Assembly (NCBI GenBank): GCA_963540925.1
Contig: CAUTRN010000021.1
Coordinates: forward strand, 72,827-104,826
Length of the DNA stretch: 32,000 nucleotides
Direction: 5' to 3'
Origin: an uncultured Sphingomonadaceae bacterium
GTDB taxonomy: Bacteria > Pseudomonadota > Alphaproteobacteria > Sphingomonadales > Sphingomonadaceae
The translations under genes and the position numbers were made by a program. This document shows positions 16,208-24,799 of this stretch, one piece after another (position 1 is the stretch's first letter; every line of letters starts with the position of its first letter). Under the pieces are notes generated by a model. The model was given only the letters and a program-made list of their open reading frames with translations. It was not told where the DNA came from and did no database searches.

Positions 16208-17062
16208 ATGCGCATGATCCCGCTTCTCGCCGTCGACGCGACGGCCACATTCGACGCGATTGCCAAGGCGAAGCACCGGAAAACTCGCACCCACATGCGC
16301 GCTGCTCGGCCCGAGGTCATCGACGCCTATGACAGCTATGCGCAGGCCGCGCCCGAGGTCGCAGCGCTGGCCGCGCTCGACCTCACCAATGATCAGAAGA
16401 CCGCGATGCGACACGCCTTCACGGTTGAAACCGCGCCGATGCAGACCCTGCGCGGCGACCTGCTCGGCCGGCCGATCGTCTTTCGCTGTCCGTTCTGCGG
16501 GATCAGTGAATCCTCCACGCTCGATCATTATCTGCCCAAGGAGGATTATCCCGAGTTCGCGATCCTCCCGTTAAACCTGATCCCCAGCTGCGCTGTCTGC
16601 AACACGCTGAAACGCGATCGCATTCTCGTCGATGGCACCGACGTCCGCATGTTCCTGCACCCGTGTTACGACACGGTCCCGAACGAGGAATTTCTGTCCG
16701 TGCGCGCTCGGATCCAGGACGAGGCGCTCATCCTGTCCTACAGGATACGCCGCCCGGACGGCATGGCACAGCGCATCTTCCGTCACCTCCAGGCGCATTT
16801 CGACGTCCTCAACCTCGCCGACCGCTATCGCCGCATGGCGCTCGACCATCTGGGCGAATATTATCCGACGTTGAGGCGCACCTATGGCGAGGATGAGGAT
16901 GCCGGCCGCGTCGCCAATCTGCTGATCGAGGCGGCCTGCGATGCCGAGGAGGCCTCAGGGCCCAATTTCTGGCGCGCCAAGCTCTACCGAGCGCTAGCCG
17001 CGGACAATGCCTTCTGCGATGGCGGCTTCAGATTGGCGCAGCTGCAATATCGTCCCCTTTAG
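16208..17062 (+). CDS. HNH endonuclease, Septu PtuB-like
   Basis: FRCPFCGISESSTLDHYLPKEDYPEFAILPLNLIPSCAVCNTLKRDR carries the CxxC...DH...N...CxxCN HNH signature. Starts 4 nt after the ATPase stop. Confidence 0.8.
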   Translation: MRMIPLLAVDATATFDAIAKAKHRKTRTHMRAARPEVIDAYDSYAQAAPEVAALAALDLTNDQKTAMRHAFTVETAPMQTLRGDLLGRPIVFRCPFCGISESSTLDHYLPKEDYPEFAILPLNLIPSCAVCNTLKRDRILVDGTDVRMFLHPCYDTVPNEEFLSVRARIQDEALILSYRIRRPDGMAQRIFRHLQAHFDVLNLADRYRRMALDHLGEYYPTLRRTYGEDEDAGRVANLLIEAACDAEEASGPNFWRAKLYRALAADNAFCDGGFRLAQLQYRPL

Positions 17063-17097
17063 CGCATCGGGCGAGGCGTCGGACGAAGCCCATGCGG

Positions 17098-17301
17098 TCA
17101 GCGCACATTGCGCAGCGGTGCGTCGAGCCGCCTGCGGATCGTACGCCGGGCCCGCTCCAGATTGGCAAGGATCTGGCGGATGCGGCCCTGGGAAAGGCCG
17201 AACTCGCCCGCAAGCGCCTTGACCGGCGTGCCTGCGGCATGGGCCGTTTCGATCCGCAGATTGCGCGCCGCCTTCGACAAGATGTCCATCGATCCTCCCA
17301 T
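17098..17301 (-). CDS. small HTH protein (sigma-70 region 4.2-like)
   Basis: VKALAGEFGLSQGRIRQILANLERARRTIRRRL resembles the region 4.2 HTH. Lies 22 nt downstream of the helicase gene on the same strand; alternative start at 17289. Confidence 0.5.
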   Translation of the reverse strand: MGGSMDILSKAARNLRIETAHAAGTPVKALAGEFGLSQGRIRQILANLERARRTIRRRLDAPLRNVR

Positions 17302-17323
17302 GCCTATGATCCATCCGGCGGGT

Positions 17324-18691
17324 CTAGCCCGCGAGCTGCACGGGCGCCGACGGCGTCAGGCCGAAGACTGCCGGGTACACGCGCTCCGCTCGTGCCAGCG
17401 ACGCCATCAAGGTCAGATGCGCGCGCCAACCACGATACTCCGGGTCATCGTCGATGCCGAGCGAACGGTCGCCGACCGGCGCGAACTGCATCAGCTGATG
17501 ACCGATCCCCTGCCGTCCGAAAATCCAGCATCCGATCCGGTGCCGCGACAGCATCACGCACAGCCGGCCGGCATCAAGATGAAAGGCGGTGGCATCCGCG
17601 CGCCCCGACAGCGGATGATGGACGAACATGAACGGCCGCTCGATCCCCTGAAACCGGTTGGCTGTCTCAACGAACACCTCCGCCAGATCCGGGCCCAGTC
17701 GTTCGCGCACGGCGTTGACCTGGCTGACATGTGCGCAGACCACGCCGATCATGTCGGGCGTGATCCATTCAGAGACGCCGTCATCGTGCATCCATGCGCT
17801 GCGCCCGAGCAGCCGCCTGATCGACGCCACCAGTTCCTGCGCGATCTCCCCATCGGCTTCGCCAGTGATCTGCGCCGGAAGTTCGACCATGACGATCGAC
17901 GACCCCGAAGCGACGGCATCGAGCGCCGCATCAAAGGGCATGATACCGTCAACCTGGAAATGGAGCGAGCGGTTCTGGCTCATCGCTCGAAATGGCATCG
18001 CGGGGTAGAAGGCGGGCTGGACTAGCCCGACTGTGTCCGCATTAAGCCGGCGCGATACGGGCAGATCGAGCTGGAGGACCGTCGGATGGCGCTCGACCAA
18101 GGCGGCGGGACACGCGACCTGAGGCCCTGCCGGATTGCAGCGCCACCGCTCGATCTCACAATTGACGAACGGATCGATCTGGCCCGGGTCGCCGATCAGC
18201 ACATGGCGCGGCGCAAGGTTGGAGATCAGCTGGAAGCGATAGTCGGGGAGCTGGAACGCCTCATCGACGATCTGGACGTCGAAGCACGGATATTCGCTTC
18301 GGATCCAAGACCATTTCGCGGCATTGCCGATTGTGATCGAGGGGTGCTGCGGCAGGCTTGCGACATCGTGAACCACCACTAGGTTCGCGAGGCCGGCGAC
18401 ATTGGCGGGAAGGTTGATCGTCTTCTTGGCGAACAAATAGATCGGCAGGCCGGCTGCGTTCGCGGCCAGACGGCGGGTCAGATCAAAGGCCTGTTCGTTG
18501 GTCTGCGTGACAACCATGCAGCGCTGGCCGAGCATCGTAGCGCTCTGCAGGGCGACGCGCTGGGCGACACCGGTCTTCCCCGCACCCGGCGGCGAGCGCA
18601 ACACCAACGCAGGCTCGCCTTGCCACTGGCTAGCGAGAACCCGCTCGAGCGCGGCGTCGGCGACGGCCTGCGGATCGAAGGGCGCGGTCAT
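17324..18691 (-). CDS. SF1 helicase, Upf1/Dna2-like (AAA_11/AAA_12 type)
   Basis: Walker A RSPPGAGKTG; Walker B QIVDEAFQL; motif III LIGDPGQIDP; motif V TANRFQGIERPFMFV; motif VI LCVMLSRHR. ATGA overlap with the upstream gene. Confidence 0.85.
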   Translation of the reverse strand: MTAPFDPQAVADAALERVLASQWQGEPALVLRSPPGAGKTGVAQRVALQSATMLGQRCMVVTQTNEQAFDLTRRLAANAAGLPIYLFAKKTINLPANVAGLANLVVVHDVASLPQHPSITIGNAAKWSWIRSEYPCFDVQIVDEAFQLPDYRFQLISNLAPRHVLIGDPGQIDPFVNCEIERWRCNPAGPQVACPAALVERHPTVLQLDLPVSRRLNADTVGLVQPAFYPAMPFRAMSQNRSLHFQVDGIMPFDAALDAVASGSSIVMVELPAQITGEADGEIAQELVASIRRLLGRSAWMHDDGVSEWITPDMIGVVCAHVSQVNAVRERLGPDLAEVFVETANRFQGIERPFMFVHHPLSGRADATAFHLDAGRLCVMLSRHRIGCWIFGRQGIGHQLMQFAPVGDRSLGIDDDPEYRGWRAHLTLMASLARAERVYPAVFGLTPSAPVQLAG

Positions 18692-20130
18692 GTCAGGCTT
18701 TCCACGGCGGCGAGCAGGTTGGCGGGCATCGGGCGCACGACAGGTGCCGCAGCCGGCATCGTGTCGCCATGCGTCCAGGGCTCGAACGTGAGCCGCTTCG
18801 CCATCTGCCCCAGCTCATTGCCGATGCCGCGCCAATCGGGGGCAGCCGGGCCGAAGTCGAGCGTCACGCCGCTCGTCATCTTCTTTATCGTATTTTTGCC
18901 CGTACCGATCATGGCGTTGATCCAGGTGAACGGCCCCCGCCGCTCGACCGACTCGATCCGGATCGACATTTTCGGATCGTCCAGCGTCCACAGAACATCG
19001 CCAGCGCGCAGGTGGAGGCTGTCCTGGTGGCTGGTCAGTTCGAGATGATATTCGAACAGCCGTGGCCGAACCCGCTCCTCAGCGATGACCGCGATTTGCG
19101 CGCGCAGTACGCTGCCGTTGACGACGCCCTTTTCGCGCGCCGCCCGATCGTGCCGAAGCATCCCGGCCTCGAAGTTCGTGACCGCATGTTCGCGCGCAAC
19201 GATCTTCATCGCGGCGGCCTTAGGCTTGTCGTGATAAGGCAGAAAATGCCCTTCGTCCCGGCTCGCCATGAAGTTCTCGAATTCGTCTGCTTCCTGCTGC
19301 GCTAGGCCGTCGAGCGAAGGGTTGGCCTGCCACCTCGGCACCGTCAGCAAGGCGATCGCCCGCTGAGTATTGGCGTAAATTGGCCGAAGTATGCCTTCGA
19401 GTAGCTGCTGGATGCGCGATCGATGATAGGCGATCACCGCAGCTGGCTGACTTGCCTTGCGGGCCGCGTGAAAGTCCTCGATCGCGGGTTGCAGGGTGCT
19501 GCGATCGAAGCGCGGATCGGTCTTCACCCCCATGGGCTGCGCCTCGGCGGCGGCGACCGCAGCGAAGATATCGCGCCCCGCCGGCGGCTCGATCCAAGTG
19601 AGCACCGAGCCGAGATGCTCGTCCTCGGCTTCCTGCTGTCCGGTCGCATAATGCGCGCGCAGCGCGGCGGTTGCGCTGATCAGCGCCTGCTGGCCGGCGA
19701 CCGGCGACCGCTCACCGGCATAGGTCCACAGCGTACCGAGGCGCTGGATATCGGGTTCGTCGGTGAACCTAAGGCGATCGGCCAGCGTGTCGAGATGCCC
19801 CAACGCCCCCGCCGAAGCGACCCAGATTTGGGGGAAGGTCGCAGCCGCGCGGCATTCCGCAAAATAGGCCTCGAACTGCGGAAGGAGCCAGCGCAGAAGG
19901 TCATATTGCTCATTGCGGTCGCGAGGGTCGGCGACGGTGTTGATCTGCGGCGCTTCGCCGAACCGGCCAATCGCAGCGGCATGGACCGATGTGTCCTCCC
20001 CGGCCATTGCGAGCAGGGTCAGGATGCGCGCGTGCGGTTGCACTATCACTTGGCGCTGCGAGACGATCGGGACCGCCTGGCCGGTTTGCAACGCGCGCAC
20101 CCGCGCGACGACATGGACGAGGTCACCCAT
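18688..20130 (-). CDS. hypothetical protein (~480 aa), no recognisable domain
   Basis: Long ORF with GC-rich third codon positions. The ATG at 20130 gives an ATGGGTGA 8-nt overlap with the upstream stop; ATG at 20163 is the alternative. Confidence 0.75.
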   Translation of the reverse strand: MGDLVHVVARVRALQTGQAVPIVSQRQVIVQPHARILTLLAMAGEDTSVHAAAIGRFGEAPQINTVADPRDRNEQYDLLRWLLPQFEAYFAECRAAATFPQIWVASAGALGHLDTLADRLRFTDEPDIQRLGTLWTYAGERSPVAGQQALISATAALRAHYATGQQEAEDEHLGSVLTWIEPPAGRDIFAAVAAAEAQPMGVKTDPRFDRSTLQPAIEDFHAARKASQPAAVIAYHRSRIQQLLEGILRPIYANTQRAIALLTVPRWQANPSLDGLAQQEADEFENFMASRDEGHFLPYHDKPKAAAMKIVAREHAVTNFEAGMLRHDRAAREKGVVNGSVLRAQIAVIAEERVRPRLFEYHLELTSHQDSLHLRAGDVLWTLDDPKMSIRIESVERRGPFTWINAMIGTGKNTIKKMTSGVTLDFGPAAPDWRGIGNELGQMAKRLTFEPWTHGDTMPAAAPVVRPMPANLLAAVESLT

Positions 20131-21229
20131 GCGCGATCCGATCCAGCAGGGCCGAGGCGGCACGAAGCTCGCTGGCGAGGCTCGCTTCGGCGGGATTGTC
20201 AGGGGGGCGCCCCTTGCCGTCGAGAAGATCGATCACGCGAGCGATCGAGCCCGCAGCCGCGAGTTGTTCAGCCGCCTGGTCGCCCAGAATGATCGGCAAA
20301 CCCGCGCTGAGCGCTTGGGCACGGCAATGTTCCCAGAGCGCGCAATGCTCCTTGCACCCCGATCGGTAGTTGTTCGGCAGCTGATCGATGACGGCGCGGT
20401 CCGCGAAGCTCGCGTCGGCCGGCAGAAGCCGCTCGACATCGTCAAGGTCAGCGGGCGCTGCTGACAACGCCCGGGTCAGAGACGCCAGTTCAGACTCGGC
20501 TCGATTCCGCGGGAAGAGCCGGGGAATGAAGGACCCCGGCGCGCGCAAGACCATATCGACGCGATCGCCCGCGATCAGCGGATCGCCGTCTCGGCTGGCG
20601 ATATGCTGCCCTAGGGCGAGCGTTCCGACAGCTGCCTGGCGCAGCGCGGCGCGGATATCCGACTTGTCGGTCTTTCCGCCACGATCGGCGAAGGATTTAA
20701 TGACGCCGACCCGGTAAAAGGGGTCGTCATCGCTCGCGACGAGATAGTCGAGTTCAATCGGGTGGGTGACGCCGACCAGCATCAATGGCAGACGAGGGTT
20801 GAGGATCAGATTGGGCGCGAGCGGATCGCCGCGAAGCTTCAGGTCAATGAGCCGCTGCGTTTCAAGCACACGCTGATGCCGCGCAAAGCTGCTGTCGCCG
20901 GGCGCATGGTTCGCAACCGCCGAGATCTTGATTTCTAGCTGGGTCAGCAGATGCTTCTCGCGATAGGCCGTCAGCAGCGACGCCCCGCCATTGTCAAGCA
21001 GCCGGCGTTCATAGGCTTGGCTCAGCGTCATCGCGAAGGGCGACATGACATCGGGCTGCATCCCGAACACATGCTCAATGATCTCGGCTGGAGTCAGCCC
21101 GGCGATGACGATCGCGCGTAAACGCACGCACCCGGTATTGCGCGCCACGCTCTCGATGCCGCGCGCGCCGACCTCGACAGGCTTGATGCCGCCGCGAAGG
21201 CGGGCAAGGCGCGCATTCGCTGGGGTCAC
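20123..21229 (-). CDS. hypothetical protein, putative Cas4/RecB-like PD-(D/E)XK nuclease with 4-Cys cluster (inference)
   Basis: One N-terminal Cys (NTGCVRL) plus a C-terminal CKEHCALWEHC (C-x3-C-x5-C). Candidate core HPIELDYLV ... RVGVIKSF. GTG start in a GTGA overlap with the upstream gene. Confidence 0.7.
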   Translation of the reverse strand: MTPANARLARLRGGIKPVEVGARGIESVARNTGCVRLRAIVIAGLTPAEIIEHVFGMQPDVMSPFAMTLSQAYERRLLDNGGASLLTAYREKHLLTQLEIKISAVANHAPGDSSFARHQRVLETQRLIDLKLRGDPLAPNLILNPRLPLMLVGVTHPIELDYLVASDDDPFYRVGVIKSFADRGGKTDKSDIRAALRQAAVGTLALGQHIASRDGDPLIAGDRVDMVLRAPGSFIPRLFPRNRAESELASLTRALSAAPADLDDVERLLPADASFADRAVIDQLPNNYRSGCKEHCALWEHCRAQALSAGLPIILGDQAAEQLAAAGSIARVIDLLDGKGRPPDNPAEASLASELRAASALLDRIAHG

Positions 21230-22086
21230 CGGATAGCTCTCTCGGCAATCTCGGTATCGATCATGAGCGGCCGGCCCCAGAGCCTGAACGCCGTGCTGCT
21301 GTTGCCGAGCCTCGCCACGGCCTCGCGGCGTTCGGCGAGATCGGCCTCGTCCAGCAGCGCGAGTTCTCCTTGCGCGGCCTCGATCACGCGCTTCGGATCA
21401 ATCGGCTGGCCGGTGTCATTAGCGCCTGGAATGGAGCGGGCGAAGGCAAAGAGCAGGCGCTCGATATTCTTAGCCTCTACGGCACCCACCTCGCGCAGTT
21501 GCGCAAGACGGTTGGCGAGGCTGATCGCAACCCGCAGATTGTCGGTCCGCATACTACGCGATCCGACGATCCGGCGCTCCAAGCTCCAGGTCGAGCTCGT
21601 CAGCAATCGCGGGATAGCCGTCAGCTGGGCAGCACTGATCGCGGGCACGATCCAGGCTGGACGTGCCGCAAGATTGCGCCGAGCCGCATTCTCCTCATCG
21701 CGCTTCAAACTGGCGAAACGCGACGGAGACGGGCGGTCGCCGGTAAGTGCTGCGGTTAAATCGGCAATCAACGCCGGAACGGACGGGACGCCCAGATCGT
21801 CAAGCGCATCGAGCGCGACTTCGCGCAGCGGCTTGTTCGGCTTACGCGAACGCGGCGTTGCAATGTCCCGCGCTTCGAGCTCGCTGAACCGCAGCGCATC
21901 GGACAAGCGCTGATACTCGGCATGGAGCTCGGCGATCCTCGCCTGTGCGCGATCACGTCGCGCTTGGTCCCCGGATGCCAAAGACTTGGTGAGCTCGGCA
22001 TAAGCATCCTGCTGGCGCTTGGCATTGCGTGCGAGCTGGTCGGCAAGGGGAAGGGCACGGGACATACCCGCTGTATAGCGTTCCAC
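21226..22086 (-). CDS. hypothetical protein (286 aa), N-terminal coiled-coil-like region
   Basis: Charged helical N-terminus QQDAYAELTKSLASGDQARRDRAQARIAELHAEYQRLSDAL; no catalytic motif seen. GTG start at 22086, alternative ATG at 22065. Confidence 0.65.
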   Translation of the reverse strand: MERYTAGMSRALPLADQLARNAKRQQDAYAELTKSLASGDQARRDRAQARIAELHAEYQRLSDALRFSELEARDIATPRSRKPNKPLREVALDALDDLGVPSVPALIADLTAALTGDRPSPSRFASLKRDEENAARRNLAARPAWIVPAISAAQLTAIPRLLTSSTWSLERRIVGSRSMRTDNLRVAISLANRLAQLREVGAVEAKNIERLLFAFARSIPGANDTGQPIDPKRVIEAAQGELALLDEADLAERREAVARLGNSSTAFRLWGRPLMIDTEIAERAIR

Positions 22087-22189
22087 GCTTTTCCATGCAA
22101 TACCATGCTTATCCTAGCCAAGATGCAGCTAAGTAGCTGTTTTTGGAGAGATCTCGCCTGTCACATCGTGCATGGCGTGGAGACTGCGG

Positions 22190-23494
22190 TTACTTGGCGA
22201 AGCAGAGTACCGATTCGGTCGCCCCAGACGGGCGGTCATAGGACAGCCGGCCGCGATGGATGTCGGACATCGAGCGGAGGTGGAAATCCTTGCGCTGCTT
22301 AAGGTGCAAGCCGTGCGCAGCGCCAATCTCCGAGATGATCCTCGGCAGATCATTATGCAGTTCCTTATAATAGGAATCCTGCACGACCAAGATCGCGCGC
22401 CCACGCGGCTTGAGCGCACCGGCGAGACGCTCGATCGAGCGGTTCATCTTGTCATAATAGTCGAGATGGGTTCGGTAATAATATCCTCCGGATGCTTTCG
22501 ACGGATGGGCCTTCAGCTTCTCCAGAAAGGCAGCGCAGCTTTTGCCCCACGCCTGATCCACCTCAATCGTCTCGCTGGGCACCTGGGTCGTACCGATCAT
22601 CTGCTTGCCCAGCGCCCGCGCGCCACTGCTCAGCAGCGGCCCGAGCACTGCCAGTTCGATACGGGTCGCGGCGGTATAGTCGATCCGCGTGCAGTAAGGC
22701 GGCGACGTCAGCGCGAGATCTATGCTCTCGTTGTCGAGCGTCATTGTAGCCGTATCGGAAAGCAGGATTTTTGAATCGCCAATGCGCGGCGCATTGACGA
22801 GCAGCCGGTCCGCCACGCGCTTCAGCGCGAGCGCTGCCGACATGCCGCGCACATTGTCGCCGAACGACCGTGCGACAAGGATCTGTGCCGCAGCCACGCG
22901 CGCCTCGTCCTTCTTGGGCTGGCGCAACCATGTCGGGTTCGAGGACTGGAAGCGCACGACGAGTTTACGACAGGCGGCGAAGAGCGCGACATAGAGCGTC
23001 GCGGCGGTGCCCGAGATCTTGTCGAGGTGCACACCGTCAGGGGACTTGGTCATACTGCCGACGAGACTGCGGCGGATATTCTGTTCGATGCCACGGATAA
23101 AACTGGCCGTCGGCGGATCGAACCATCCAAGCAGTGCATCGTCGGGCAACAACCTCGGGGGCGTCGAATGCGCATGCGACAGGATCGTCGCGGCGAGCGG
23201 GCGGAGATGGTCCGCTTCGCTTGGCGGAAGAAGGCGGGCACGCGCTACGATGATCATTACCGGATTGAGGTCAATGCCGACCGCGTTCAGGCCCAGGGTG
23301 TTCGCCGTATAGGTGGTCGTGCCGCTGCCATTCCAAGGATCGAGAATAGTTGCGCCGCGCGGTAGCTTAGCGCTCTGCAGCAATTCGCGCGCGAACAACT
23401 CCGGAAACCCGGCATAATAAGGGAAAAAACCCTCCCAGCCGGTCTGCAAGCGCTTGTTTCGTTTCGGCGAGTTTATGCGGAATCTGGCTGCCAT
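22190..23494 (-). CDS. DNA methyltransferase (N6-adenine or N4-cytosine; motif order I then IV)
   Basis: SAM-binding motif ILDPWNGSGTT near the N-terminus. Catalytic LTSPPYCTRIDY about 200 aa later. C-terminal LKPRGRAILVVQDSYY is typical of N4/N6 MTases. Confidence 0.85.
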   Translation of the reverse strand: MAARFRINSPKRNKRLQTGWEGFFPYYAGFPELFARELLQSAKLPRGATILDPWNGSGTTTYTANTLGLNAVGIDLNPVMIIVARARLLPPSEADHLRPLAATILSHAHSTPPRLLPDDALLGWFDPPTASFIRGIEQNIRRSLVGSMTKSPDGVHLDKISGTAATLYVALFAACRKLVVRFQSSNPTWLRQPKKDEARVAAAQILVARSFGDNVRGMSAALALKRVADRLLVNAPRIGDSKILLSDTATMTLDNESIDLALTSPPYCTRIDYTAATRIELAVLGPLLSSGARALGKQMIGTTQVPSETIEVDQAWGKSCAAFLEKLKAHPSKASGGYYYRTHLDYYDKMNRSIERLAGALKPRGRAILVVQDSYYKELHNDLPRIISEIGAAHGLHLKQRKDFHLRSMSDIHRGRLSYDRPSGATESVLCFAK

Positions 23495-23539
23495 CTGGCA
23501 AGTTCTACTCCAAAGGCCGGTCGCATGGCGAGCCCATCG

Positions 23540-24133
23540 TCAGGCGAACCCGCGCTTGCGACGGACGGTAATGGCCAGACGCGTGATTTCGGCCGGCAAC
23601 ATGGCGGATTGCACCAGCGCGATCGGCGGCGGGCTCGACAGGGTCGAGAATGCTCGATCATAGATGGCGACGCAGCCGCCCGTCGTCAGCCGTGAATCAA
23701 AGAGGATGCCGTCGATATCGGGCATCTGGTCGTGGACTGCTTCGGAGAAGGCCTGGCCCTGGCCATGATCGCGCGCGCGACTGGCATCGGTGTGGATCCC
23801 CAACTCATAGGCGGCCGCCCCGGTTAGATCGAGCAATGCCAGCTCCCGACCAGAACTAATCGACGCGACGCAGAGCTGTTCCAGGTGTGGCCGATACAGG
23901 AAGCGACGCTCGCGGCCTTCGAACCGATCGCGGACGACCGCTTCGGCGAAGGCGGTAGAAAAGCTGTCCGCGGTATAGAGCACGCGAAAGATGCGGGACG
24001 GGCTTGAGAAGCGGCTCGACCCAAAACCTGCGTCGGTAGGGGTGGCGCGATGCTGGCTCGGCATGATACGGGGCCAGTCTGCAATCCTTGCGCGGACTAC
24101 CCGTTGGCCCAGATGGGACAGAACGATTTTCAC
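23540..24133 (-). CDS. RES domain toxin (ParT/MbcT-like)
   Basis: R-E-S signature residues in GSSRFSSP, TAFAEAVV and GILFDSRLTTG. GTG start in a GTGA overlap with the antitoxin stop. Confidence 0.85.
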   Translation of the reverse strand: MKIVLSHLGQRVVRARIADWPRIMPSQHRATPTDAGFGSSRFSSPSRIFRVLYTADSFSTAFAEAVVRDRFEGRERRFLYRPHLEQLCVASISSGRELALLDLTGAAAYELGIHTDASRARDHGQGQAFSEAVHDQMPDIDGILFDSRLTTGGCVAIYDRAFSTLSSPPPIALVQSAMLPAEITRLAITVRRKRGFA

Positions 24134-24750
24134 GCGTAGTCAAACGCCCCTTCCGCAGCACCCGTGACCGCCGCCACCTCACCATCGCGCAAGGCGTCGA
24201 TGGGCGGCTTGCCATGGGTCATCCGGTTCGGAGCGACGAGCCACTCCCAAAGCTCCTCGGCCGAGGGGAAGAAAGTCGCGACGACATCGAGGCCCGGCAC
24301 CGGGCGGCGGCGATCAAATTGCCGGACGGGATAGACATAGTTGCGCAGCCCCTTGCGCAGCGCGACAATCCTGTGCGCCTTGCGCCAATTATCCAGCGTG
24401 CCACGCGAAATGCTGAGGCGCTCTACCAGATCGCCCGCACCGAGCAGCTCGCTCTCGACCCAATCGGCGGAATCGTCCGCAACGGTGATCGCGTCGAGGA
24501 GCCTGCTCCCTTCGCCAGCCGACACAACCGGCCCGACGCCTCCACCTTGCAGAACCTTCTCGGGCTGGGCCGGGATGCGCGCTGGCGCCTGCCGCTTGTG
24601 CGTGCGAACGGATTTCGCGGCGGCTGGTATCGGCACCTTCAGCGCCGTGGCAAGGTCAAGGAGCCCCGCCAAGTCCATGCGCTCGACTTTGCTTTCGATC
24701 GCCTTTGCCAAAGCGAGCCTAGCCGGATGCGCTTGCTTCATAGAAGTCAT
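24130..24750 (-). CDS. Xre/ParS/MbcA-like antitoxin (C-terminal DUF2384) with internal MerR-like HTH
   Basis: C-terminus WLVAPNRMTHGKPPIDALRDGEVAAVTGAAEGAFDY is DUF2384-like. HTH region AGDLVERLSISRGTLDNWRKAHRIVALR. SD AAGGAAGGA upstream of the ATG. Confidence 0.8.
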   Translation of the reverse strand: MTSMKQAHPARLALAKAIESKVERMDLAGLLDLATALKVPIPAAAKSVRTHKRQAPARIPAQPEKVLQGGGVGPVVSAGEGSRLLDAITVADDSADWVESELLGAGDLVERLSISRGTLDNWRKAHRIVALRKGLRNYVYPVRQFDRRRPVPGLDVVATFFPSAEELWEWLVAPNRMTHGKPPIDALRDGEVAAVTGAAEGAFDYA

Positions 24751-24767
24751 ATCTTATCCTTCCTTAG

Positions 24768-24799
24768 GCAAAATAGGCAATTTATGCAAAATATGCAAT
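24768..24799. promoter_or_regulatory. candidate operator: 14-bp direct repeat, 18-bp period, upstream of the antitoxin gene
   Basis: GCAAAATAGGCAAT (24768-24781) and GCAAAATATGCAAT (24786-24799), one mismatch. AT-rich divergent intergenic region between the TA operon and the recombinase gene. Confidence 0.45.

Noticed and set aside
14644-17062. Retron-associated Septu
   Set aside because: No reverse transcriptase ORF occurs anywhere in the window.
19423-20464. Plus-strand ORFs (289 aa, 183 aa) inside the helicase-cluster genes
   Set aside because: They are antisense to a chain of minus-strand genes with overlapping stop/start codons, and their composition is Arg-rich.
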